The notes under the pieces were generated by a model. It was not told the origin of the DNA, did no database searches, and worked only from the letters and a program-made list of their open reading frames with translations. The position numbers were made by a program, and so were the translations under genes. Below are positions 1-12,700 of a stretch of 64,000 nucleotides of DNA, one piece after another. This stretch comes from Auanema rhodensis (taxonomy: Eukaryota; Animalia; Nematoda). Each line of letters starts with the position of its first letter. The stretch's first letter is position 1. The DNA lies in NCBI GenBank assembly GCA_964057225.1, contig OZ059897.1, positions 23,002,001-23,066,000 of the forward strand. Reading direction: 5' to 3'.

Positions 1-176
1 TACATACCAAGTGCACATCACGTGTACATTTAATTAGCATAAATTAAAGTTCACGTAAATTTCAAAGTCATGGTTACCATGCACCAATATCAATAAAAAT
101 TTGTTTTTAGACTAATATGGACATGGGGAATCTAATTTTGAAAACCGCATCTCTTTATCTTTCACGTGAAGCGAGT
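1..176 (+). repeat. Representative monomer with internal dyads: GTGCAC (11-16), CACGTG (19-24), TGTACA (23-28), TAATTA (31-36), TCATGGT-T-ACCATGA (68-82 in the common A82 allele; this copy has C82), TAAAAA-4nt-TTTTTA (94-109), TTCACGTGAA (161-170)
   Basis: Read directly from the monomer sequence. Confidence 0.95.
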
Positions 177-3100
177 TACATACCAAGTGCACATCACGTG
201 TACATTTAATTAGCATAAATTAAAGTTCACGTAAATTTCAAAGTCATGGTTACCATGAACCAATATCAATAAAAATTTGTTTTTAGACTAATATGGACAT
301 GGGGAATCTAATTTTGAAAACCGCATCTCTTTATCTTTCACGTGAAGCGAGTTACATACCAAGTGCACATCACGTGTACATTTAATTAGCATAAATTAAA
401 GTTCACGTAAATTTCAAAGTCATGGTTACCATGAACCAATATCAATAAAAATTTGTTTTTAGACTAATATGGACATGGGGAATCTAATTTTGAAAACCGC
501 ATCTCTTCATCTTTCACGTGAAGCGAGTTACATACCAAGTGCACATCACGTGTACATTTAATTAGCATAAATTAAAGTTCACGTAAACTTCAAAGTCATG
601 GTTACCATGAAGCAATATCAATAAAAATTTGTTTTTAGACTAATATGGACATGGGGAATCTAATTTTGAAAACCGCATCTCTTTATCTTTCACGTGAAGC
701 GAGTTACATACCAAGTGCACATCACGTGTACATTTAATTAGCATAAATTAAAGTTCACGTAAATTTCAAAGTCATGGTTACCATGAACCAATATCAATAA
801 AAATTTGTTTTTAGACTAATATGGACATGGGGAATCTAATTCTGAAAACCGCATCTCTTTATCTTTCACGTGAAGCGAGTTACATACCAAGTGCACATCA
901 CGTGTACATTTAATTAGCATAAATTAAAGTTCACGTAAATTTCAAAGTCATGGTTACCATGAACCAATATCAAAAAAAATTTGTTTTTAGACTAATATGG
1001 ACATGGGGAATCTAATTTTGAAAACCGCATCTCTTTATCTTTCACGTGAAGCGAGTTACATACCAAGTGCACATCACGTGTACATTTAATTAGCATAAAT
1101 TAAAGTTCACGTAAATTTCAAAGTCATGGTTACCATGAACCAATATCAATAAAAATTTGTTTTTAGACTAATATGGACATGGGGAATCTAATTTTGAAAA
1201 CCGCATCTCTTTATCTTTCACGTGAAGCGAGTTACATACCAAGTGCACATCACGTGTACATTTAATTAGCATAAATTAAAGTTCACGTAAATTTCAAAGT
1301 CATGGTTACCATGAAGCAATATCAATAAAAATTTGTTTTTAGACTAATATGGACATGGGGAATTTAATTTTGAAAACCGCATCTCTTTATCTTTCACGTG
1401 AAGCGAGTTACATACCAAGTGCACATCACGTGTACATTTAATTAGCATAAATTAAAGTTCACGTAAATTTCAAAGTCATGGTTACCATGAACCAATATCA
1501 ATAAAAATTTGTTTTTAGACTAATATGGACATGGAGAATCTAATTTTGAAAACCGCATCTCTTTATCTTTCACGTGAAGCGAGTTACATACCAAGTGCAC
1601 ATCACGTGTACATTTAATTAGCATAAATTAAAGTTCACGTAAATTTCAAAGTCATGGTTACCATGAACCAATATCAATAAAAATTTGTTTTTAGACTAAT
1701 ATGGACATGGGGAATCTAATTTTGAAAACCGCATCTCTTTATCTTTCACGTGAAGCGAGTTACATACCAAGTGCACATCACGTGTACATTTAATTAGCAT
1801 AAATTAAAGTTCACGTAAATTTCAAAGTCATGGTTACCATGAACCAATATCAATAAAAATTTGTTTTTAGACTAATATGGACATGGGGAATCTAATTTTG
1901 AAAACCGCATTTCTTTATCTTTCACGTGAAGCGAGTTACATACCAAGTGCACATCACGTGTACATTTAATTAGCATAAATTAAAGTTCACGTAAATTTCA
2001 AAGTCATGGTTACCATGCACCAATATCAATAAAAATTTGTTTTTAGACTAATATGGACATGGGGAATCTAATTTTGAAAACCGCATCTCTTTATCTTTCA
2101 CGTGAAGCGAGTTACATACCAAGTGCACATCACGTGTACATTTAATTAGCATAAATTAAAGTTCACGTAAATTTCAAAGTCATGGTTACCATGAACCAAT
2201 ATCAATAAAAATTTGTTTTTAGACTAATATGGACATGGGGAATCTAATTTTGAAAACCGCATCTCTTTATCTTTCACGTGAAGCGAGTTACATACCAAGT
2301 GCACATCACGTGTACATTTAATTAGCATAAATTAAAGTTCACGTAAATTTCAAAGTCATGGTTACCATGAACCAATATCAATAAAAATTTGTTTTTAGAC
2401 TAATATGGACATGGGGAATCTAATTTTGAAAACCGCATCTCTTCATCTTTCACGTGAAGCGAGTTACATACCAAGTGCACATCACGTGTACATTTAATTA
2501 GCATAAATTAAAGTTCACGTAAACTTCAAAGTCATGGTTACCATGAAGCAATATCAATAAAAATTTGTTTTTAGACTAATATGGACATGGGGAATCTAAT
2601 TTTGAAAACCGCATCTCTTTATCTTTCACGTGAAGCGAGTTACATACCAAGTGCACATCACGTGTACATTTAATTAGCATAAATTAAAGTTCACGTAAAT
2701 TTCAAAGTCATGGTTACCATGAACCAATATCAATAAAAATTTGTTTTTAGACTAATATGGACATGGGGAATCTAATTTTGAAAACCGCATCTCTTTATCT
2801 TTCACGTGAAGCGAGTTACATACCAAGTGCACATCACGTGTACATTTAATTAGCATAAATTAAAGTTCACGTAAATTTCAAAGTCATGGTTACCATGAAC
2901 CAATATCAATAAAAATTTGTTTTTAGACTAATATGGACATGGGGAATCTAATTTTGAAAACCGCATCTCTTTATCTTTCACGTGAAGCGAGTTACATACC
3001 AAGTGCACATCACGTGTACATTTAATTAGCATAAATTAAAGTTCACGTAAATTTCAAAGTCATGGTTACCATGCACCAATATCAATAAAAATTTGTTTTT

Positions 3101-3499
3101 AGACTAATATGGACATGGGGAATCTAATTTTGAAAACCGCATCTCTTTATCTTTCACGTGAAGCGAGTTACATACCAAGTGCACATCACGTGTACATTTA
3201 ATTAGCATAAATTAAAGTTCACGTAAATTTCAAAGTCATGGTTACCATGAACCAATATCAATAAAAATTTGTTTTTAGACTAATATGGACATGGGGAATC
3301 TAATTTTGAAAACCGCATCTCTTTATCTTTCACGTGAAGCGAGTTACATACCAAGTGCACATCACGTGTACATTTAATTAGCATAAATTAAAGTTCACGT
3401 AAATTTCAAAGTCATGGTTACCATGAACCAATATCAATAAAAATTTGTTTTTATACTAATATGGACATGGGGAATCTAATTTTGAAAACCGCATCTCTT

Positions 3500-6400
3500 T
3501 ATCTTTCACGTGAAGCGAGTTACATACCAAGTGCACATCACGTGTACATTTAATTAGCATAAATTAAAATTCACGTAAATTTCAAAGTCATGGTTACCAT
3601 GAACCAATATCAATAAAAATTTGTTTTTAGACTAATATGGACATGGGGAATCTAATTTTGAAAACCGCATCTCTTTATCTTTCACGTGAAGCGAGTTACA
3701 TACCAAGTGCACATCACGTGTACATTTAATTAGCATAAATTAAAGTTCACGTAAATTTCAAAGTCATGGTTACCATGCACCAATATCAATAACAATTTGT
3801 TTTTAGACTAATATGGACATGGGGAATCTAATTTTGAAAACCGCATCTCTTTATCTTTCACGTGAAGCGAGTTACATACCAAGTGCACATCACGTGTACA
3901 TTTAATTAGCATAAATTAAAGTTCACGTAAATTTCAAAGTCATGGTTACCATGCACCAATATCAATAAAAATTTGTTTTTAGACTAATATGGACATGGGG
4001 AATCTAATTTTGAAAACCGCATTTCTTTATCTTTCACGTGAAGCGAGTTACATACCAAGTGCACATCACGTGTACATTTAATTAGCATAAATTAAAGTTC
4101 ACGTAAATTTCAAAGTCATGGTTACCATGAACCAATATCAATAAAAATTTGTTTTTAGACTGATATGGACATGGGGAATCTAATTTTGAAAACCGCATCT
4201 CTTTATCTTTCACGTGAAGCGAGTTACATACCAAGTGCACAGCACGTGTACATTTAATTAGCATAAATTAAAGTTCACGTAAATTTCAAAGTCATGGTTA
4301 CCATGAAGCAATATCAATAAAAATTTGTTTTTAGACTAATATGGACATGGGGAATCTAATTTTGAAAACCGCATCTCTTTATCTTTCACGTGAAGCGAGT
4401 TACATACCAAGTGCACATCACGTGTACATTTAATTAGCATGAATTAAAGTTCACGTAAATTTCAAAGTCATGGTTACCATGCACCAATATCAATAAAAAT
4501 TTGTTTTTAGACTAATATGGACATGGGGAATCTAATTTTGAAAACCGCATCTCTTTATCTTTCACGTGAAGCGAGTTACATACCAAGTGCACATCACGTG
4601 TACATTTAATTAGCATAAATTAAAGTTCACGTAAATTTCAAAGTCATGGTTACCATGAACCAATATCAATAAAAATTTGTTTTTAGACTAATATGGACAT
4701 GGGGAATCTAATTTTGAAAACCGCATCTTTTTATCTTTCACGTGAAGCGAGTTACATACCAAGTGCACATCACGTGTACATTTAATTAGCATAAATTAAA
4801 GTTCACGTAAATTTCAAAGTCATGGTTACCATGAACCAATATCAATAAAAATTTGTTTTTAGACTAATATGGACATGGGGAATCTAATTTTGAAAACCGC
4901 ATCTCTTTATCTTTCACGTGAAGCGAGTTACATACCAAGTGCACATCACGTGTACATTTAATTAGCATAAATTAAAATTCACGTAAATTTCAAAGTCATG
5001 GTTACCATGAACCAATATCAATAAAAATTTGTTTTTAGACTAATATGGACATGGGGAATCTAATTTTGAAAACCGCATCTCTTTATCTTTCACGTGAAGC
5101 GAGTTACATACCAAGTGCACATCACGTGTACATTTAATTAGCATAAATTAAAGTTCACGTAAATTTCAAAGTCATGGTTACCATGCACCAATATCAATAA
5201 CAATTTGTTTTTAGACTAATATGGACATGGGGAATCTAATTTTGAAAACCGCATCTCTTTATCTTTCACGTGAAGCGAGTTACATACCAAGTGCACATCA
5301 CGTGTACATTTAATTAGCATAAATTAAAGTTCACGTAAATTTCAAAGTCATGGTTACCATGAACCAATATCAATAAAAATTTGTTTTTAGACTAATATGG
5401 ACATGGGGAATCTAATTTTGAAAACCGCATCTCTTTATCTTTCACGTGAAGCGAGTTACATACCAAGTGCACATCACGTGTACATTTAATTAGCATAAAT
5501 TAAAATTCACGTAAATTTCAAAGTCATGGTTACCATGAACCAATATCAATAAAAATTTGTTTTTAGACTAATATGGACATGGGGAATCTAATTTTGAAAA
5601 CCGCATCTCTTTATCTTTCACGTGAAGCGAGTTACATACCAAGTGCACATCACGTGTACATTTAATTAGCATAAATTAAAGTTCACGTAAATTTCAAAGT
5701 CATGGTTACCATGCACCAATATCAATAACAATTTGTTTTTAGACTAATATGGACATGGGGAATCTAATTTTGAAAACCGCATCTCTTTATCTTTCACGTG
5801 AAGCGAGTTACATACCAAGTGCACATCACGTGTACATTTAATTAGCATAAATTAAAGTTCACGTAAATTTCAAAGTCATGGTTACCATGCACCAATATCA
5901 ATAAAAATTTGTTTTTAGACTAATATGGACATGGGGAATCTAATTTTGAAAACCGCATTTCTTTATCTTTCACGTGAAGCGAGTTACATACCAAGTGCAC
6001 ATCACGTGTACATTTAATTAGCATAAATTAAAGTTCACGTAAATTTCAAAGTCATGGTTACCATGAACCAATATCAATAAAAATTTGTTTTTAGACTGAT
6101 ATAGACATGGGGAATCTAATTTTGAAAACCGCATCTCTTTATCTTTCACGTGAAGCGAGTTACATACCAAGTGAACAGCACGTGTACATTTAATTAGCAT
6201 AAATTAAAGTTCACGTAAATTTCAAAGTCATGGTTACCATGAAGCAATATCAATAAAAATTTGTTTTTAGACTAATATGGACATGGGGAATCTAATTTTG
6301 AAAACCGCATCTCTTTATCTTTCACGTGAAGCGAGTTACATACCAAGTGCACATCACGTGTACATTTAATTAGCATGAATTAAAGTTCACGTAAATTTCA

Positions 6401-6600
6401 AAGTCATGGTTACCATGCACCAATATCAATAAAAATTTGTTTTTAGACTAATATGGACATGGGGAATCTAATTTTGAAAACCGCATCTCTTTATCTTTCA
6501 CGTGAAGCGAGTTACATACCAAGTGCACATCACGTGTACATTTAATTAGCATAAATTAAAGTTCACGTAAATTTCAAAGTCATGGTTACCATGAACCAAT
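3500..6600 (+). repeat. Local block duplication, 11-monomer offset (1936 bp); boundaries approximate
   Basis: Paired variants at 3793/5729, 4162/6098, 4242/6178 and 4441/6377. Confidence 0.85.
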
Positions 6601-7049
6601 ATCAATAAAAATTTGTTTTTAGACTAATATGGACATGGGGAATCTAATTTTGAAAACCGCATCTCTTTATCTTTCACGTGAAGCGAGTTACATACCAAGT
6701 GCACATCACGTGTACATTTAATTAGCATAAATTAAAGTTCACGTAAATTTCAAAGTCATGGTTACCATGAAGCAATATCAATAAAAATTTGTTTTTAGAC
6801 TAATATGGACATGGGGAATCTAATTTTGAAAACCGCATCTCTTTATCTTTCACGTGAAGCGAGTTACATACCAAGTGCACATCACGTGTACATTTAATTA
6901 GCATAAATTAAAGTTCACGTAAATTTCAAAGTCATGGTTACCATGAACCAATATCAATAAAAATTTGTTTTTAGACTAATATGGACATGGGGAATCTAAT
7001 TTTGAAAACCGCATTTCTTTATCTTTCACGTGAAGCGAGTTACATACCA

Positions 7050-10000
7050 AGTGCACATCACGTGTACATTTAATTAGCATAAATTAAAGTTCACGTAAAT
7101 TTCAAAGTCATGGTTACCATGCACCAATATCAATAAAAATTTGTTTTTAGACTAATATGGACATGGGGAATCTAATTTTGAAAACCGCATCTCTTTATCT
7201 TTCACGTGAAGCGAGTTACATACCAAGTGCACATCACGTGTACATTTAATTAGCATAAATTAAAGTTCACGTAAATTTCAAAGTCATGGTTACCATGAAC
7301 CAATATCAATAAAAATTTGTTTTTAGACTAATATGGACATGGGGAATCTAATTTTGAAAACCGCATCTCTTTATCTTTCACGTGAAGCGAGTTACATACC
7401 AAGTGCACATCACGTGTACATTTAATTAGCATAAATTAAAGTTCACGTAAATTTCAAAGTCATGGTTACCATGAACCAATATCAATAAAAATTTGTTTTT
7501 AGACTAATATGGACATGGGGAATCTAATTTTGAAAACCGCATCTCTTCATCTTTCACGTGAAGCGAGTTACATACCAAGTGCACATCACGTGTACATTTA
7601 ATTAGCATAAATTAAAGTTCACGTAAACTTCAAAGTCATGGTTACCATGAAGCAATATCAATAAAAATTTGTTTTTAGACTAATATGGACATGGGGAATC
7701 TAATTTTGAAAACCGCATCTCTTTATCTTTCACGTGAAGCGAGTTACATACCAAGTGCACATCACGTGTACATTTAATTAGCATAAATTAAAGTTCACGT
7801 AAATTTCAAAGTCATGGTTACCATGAACCAATATCAATAAAAATTTGTTTTTAGACTAATATGGACATGGGGAATCTAATTTTGAAAACCGCATCTCTTT
7901 ATCTTTCACGTGAAGCGAGTTACATACCAAGTGCACATCACGTGTACATTTAATTAGCATAAATTAAAGTTCACGTAAATTTCAAAGTCATGGTTACCAT
8001 GCACCAATATCAATAAAAATTTGTTTTTAGACTAATATGGACATGGGGAATCTAATTTTGAAAACCGCATCTCTTTATCTTTCACGTGAAGCGAGTTACA
8101 TACCAAGTGCACATCACGTGTACATTTAATTAGCATAAATTAAAGTTCACGTAAATTTCAAAGTCATGGTTACCATGAACCAATATCAATAAAAATTTGT
8201 TTTTAGACTAATATGGACATGGGGAATCTAATTTTGAAAACCGCATCTCTTTATCTTTCACGTGAAGCGAGTTACATACCAAGTGCACATCACGTGTACA
8301 TTTAATTAGCATAAATTAAAGTTCACGTAAATTTCAAAGTCATGGTTACCATGAACCAATATCAATAAAAATTTGTTTTTAGACTAATATGGACATGGGG
8401 AATCTAATTTTGAAAACCGCATCTCTTTATCTTTCACGTGAAGCGAGTTACATACCAAGTGCACATCACGTGTACATTTAATTAGCATAAATTAAAGTTC
8501 ACGTAAATTTCAAAGTCATGGTTACCATGAACCAATATCAATAAAAATTTGTTTTTAGACTAATATGGACATGGGGAATCTAATTTTGAAAACCGCATCT
8601 CTTTATCTTTCACGTGAAGCGAGTTACATACCAAGTGCACATCACGTGTACATTTAATTAGCATAAATTAAAGTTCACGTAAATTTCAAAGTCATGGTTA
8701 CCATGCACCAATATCAATAACAATTTGTTTTTAGACTAATATGGACATGGGGAATCTAATTTTGAAAACCGCATCTCTTTATCTTTCACGTGAAGCGAGT
8801 TACATACCAAGTGCACATCACGTGTACATTTAATTAGCATAAATTAAAGTTCACGTAAATTTCAAAGTCATGGTTACCATGCACCAATATCAATAAAAAT
8901 TTGTTTTTAGACTAATATGGACATGGGGAATCTAATTTTGAAAACCGCATTTCTTTATCTTTCACGTGAAGCGAGTTACATACCAAGTGCACATCACGTG
9001 TACATTTAATTAGCATAAATTAAAGTTCACGTAAATTTCAAAGTCATGGTTACCATGAACCAATATCAATAAAAATTTGTTTTTAGACTAATATGGACAT
9101 GGGGAATCTAATTTTGAAAACCGCATCTCTTTATCTTTCACGTGAAGCGAGTTACATACCAAGTGCACAGCACGTGTACATTTAATTAGCATAAATTAAA
9201 GTTCACGTAAATTTCAAAGTCATGGTTACCATGAAGCAATATCAATAAAAATTTGTTTTTAGACTAATATGGACATGGGGAATCTAATTTTGAAAACCGC
9301 ATCTCTTTATCTTTCACGTGAAGCGAGTTACATACCAAGTGCACATCACGTGTACATTTAATTAGCATGAATTAAAGTTCACGTAAATTTCAAAGTCATG
9401 GTTACCATGCACCAATATCAATAAAAATTTGTTTTTAGACTAATATGGACATGGGGAATCTAATTTTGAAAACCGCATCTCTTTATCTTTCACGTGAAGC
9501 GAGTTACATACCAAGTGCACATCACGTGTACATTTAATTAGCATAAATTAAAGTTCACGTAAATTTCAAAGTCATGGTTACCATGCACCAATATCAATAA
9601 AAATTTGTTTTTAGACTAATATGGACATGGGGAATCTAATTTTGAAAACCGCATCTCTTTATCTTTCACGTGAAGCGAGTTACATACCAAGTGCACATCA
9701 CGTGTACATTTAATTAGCATAAATTAAAGTTCACGTAAATTTCAAAGTCATGGTTACCATGAACCAATATCAATAAAAATTTGTTTTTAGACTAATATGG
9801 ACATGGGGAATCTAATTTTGAAAACCGCATCTCTTTATCTTTCACGTGAAGCGAGTTACATACCAAGTGCACATCACGTGTACATTTAATTAGCATAAAT
9901 TAAAGTTCACGTAAATTTCAAAGTCATGGTTACCATGAACCAATATCAATAAAAATTTGTTTTTAGACTAATATGGACATGGGGAATCTAATTTTGAAAA

Positions 10001-12700
10001 CCGCATCTCTTTATCTTTCACGTGAAGCGAGTTACATACCAAGTGCACATCACGTGTACATTTAATTAGCATAAATTAAAGTTCACGTAAATTTCAAAGT
10101 CATGGTTACCATGCACCAATATCAATAAAAATTTGTTTTTAGACTAATATGGACATGGGGAATCTAATTTTGAAAACCGCATCTCTTTATCTTTCACGTG
10201 AAGCGAGTTACATACCAAGTGCACATCACGTGTACATTTAATTAGCATAAATTAAAGTTCACGTAAATTTCAAAGTCATGGTTACCATGAACCAATATCA
10301 ATAAAAATTTGTTTTTAGACTAATATGGACATGGGGAATCTAATTTTGAAAACCGCATCTCTTTATCTTTCACGTGAAGCGAGTTACATACCAAGTGCAC
10401 ATCACGTGTACATTTAATTAGCATAAATTAAAGTTCACGTAAATTTCAAAGTCATGGTTACCATGAACCAATATCAATAAAAATTTGTTTTTAGACTAAT
10501 ATGGACATGGGGAATCTAATTTTGAAAACCGCATCTCTTCATCTTTCACGTGAAGCGAGTTACATACCAAGTGCACATCACGTGTACATTTAATTAGCAT
10601 AAATTAAAGTTCACGTAAACTTCAAAGTCATGGTTACCATGAAGCAATATCAATAAAAATTTGTTTTTAGACTAATATGGACATGGGGAATCTAATTTTG
10701 AAAACCGCATCTCTTTATCTTTCACGTGAAGCGAGTTACATACCAAGTGCACATCACGTGTACATTTAATTAGCATAAATTAAAGTTCACGTAAATTTCA
10801 AAGTCATGGTTACCATGAACCAATATCAATAAAAATTTGTTTTTAGACTAATATGGACATGGGGAATCTAATTTTGAAAACCGCATCTCTTTATCTTTCA
10901 CGTGAAGCGAGTTACATACCAAGTGCACATCACGTGTACATTTAATTAGCATAAATTAAAGTTCACGTAAATTTCAAAGTCATGGTTACCATGCACCAAT
11001 ATCAATAAAAATTTGTTTTTAGACTAATATGGACATGGGGAATCTAATTTTGAAAACCGCATCTCTTTATCTTTCACGTGAAGCGAGTTACATACCAAGT
11101 GCACATCACGTGTACATTTAATTAGCATAAATTAAAGTTCACGTAAATTTCAAAGTCATGGTTACCATGAACCAATATCAATAAAAATTTGTTTTTAGAC
11201 TAATATGGACATGGGGAATCTAATTTTGAAAACCGCATCTCTTTATCTTTCACGTGAATCGAGTTACATACCAAGTGCACATCACGTGTACATTTAATTA
11301 GCATAAATTAAAGTTCACGTAAATTTCAAAGTCATGGTTACCATGAACCAATATCAATAAAAATTTGTTTTTAGACTAATATGGACATGGGGAATCTAAT
11401 TTTGAAAACCGCATCTCTTTATCTTTCACGTGAAGCGAGTTACATACCAAGTGCACATCACGTGTACATTTAATTAGCATAAATTAAAGTTCACGTAAAT
11501 TTCAAAGTCATGGTTACCATGAACCAATATCAATAAAAATTTGTTTTTAGACTAATATGGACATGGGGAATCTAATTTTGAAAACCGCATCTCTTTATCT
11601 TTCACGTGAAGCGAGTTACATACCAAGTGCACATCACGTGTACATTTAATTAGCATAAATTAAAGTTCACGTAAATTTCAAAGTCATGGTTACCATGCAC
11701 CAATATCAATAACAATTTGTTTTTAGACTAATATGGACATGGGGAATCTAATTTTGAAAACCGCATCTCTTTATCTTTCACGTGAAGCGAGTTACATACC
11801 AAGTGCACATCACGTGTACATTTAATTAGCATAAATTAAAGTTCACGTAAATTTCAAAGTCATGGTTACCATGCACCAATATCAATAAAAATTTGTTTTT
11901 AGACTAATATGGACATGGGGAATCTAATTTTGAAAACCGCATTTCTTTATCTTTCACGTGAAGCGAGTTACATACCAAGTGCACATCACGTGTACATTTA
12001 ATTAGCATAAATTAAAGTTCACGTAAATTTCAAAGTCATGGTTACCATGAACCAATATCAATACAAATTTGTTTTTAGACTAATATGGACATGGGGAATC
12101 TAATTTTGAAAACCGCATCTCTTTATCTTTCACGTGAAGCGAGTTACATACCAAGTGCACAGCACGTGTACATTTAATTAGCATAAATTAAAGTTCACGT
12201 AAATTTCAAAGTCATGGTTACCATGAAGCAATATCAATAAAAATTTGTTTTTAGACTAATATGGACATGGGGAATCTAATTTTGAAAACCGCATCTCTTT
12301 ATCTTTCACGTGAAGCGAGTTACATACCAAGTGCACATCACGTGTACATTTAATTAGCATGAATTAAAGTTCACGTAAATTTCAAAGTCATGGTTACCAT
12401 GCTCCAATATCAATAAAAATTTGTTTTTAGACTAATATGGACATGGGGAATCTAATTTTGAAAACCGCATCTCTTTATCTTTCACGTGAAGCGAGTTACA
12501 TACCAAGTGCACATCACGTGTACATTTAATTAGCATAAATTAAAGTTCACGTAAATTTCAAAGTCATGGTTACCATGCACCAATATCAATAAAAATTTGT
12601 TTTTAGACTAATATGGACATGGGGAATCTAATTTTGAAAACCGCATCTCTTTATCTTTCACGTGAAGCGAGTTACATACCAAGTGCACATCACGTGTACA
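7050..12700 (+). repeat. Local block duplication, 17-monomer offset (2992 bp); boundaries approximate
   Basis: Paired variants at 7548/10540, 7628/10620, 8721/11713, 8951/11943, 9170/12162 and 9369/12361. Confidence 0.85.

Noticed and set aside
1-176. 5S rRNA, tRNA or snRNA tandem gene unit; alpha satellite with CENP-B box; telomeric repeat
   Set aside because: No recognisable RNA gene sequence or Pol III A/B boxes, no CENP-B box (TTCG....A..CGGG) and no short telomeric motif. An Rfam search would confirm.
4082-4264. 60-aa ORF (also 6018-6200, 20274-20456, 45223-45405, 45927-46109)
   Set aside because: Each is about one satellite monomer in which a point variant (4162, 6098, 20352, 45327, 46031) removes the TAG present in nearly all other copies. 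There is no gene context or recognisable domain, and the 176-bp unit is not a multiple of 3.
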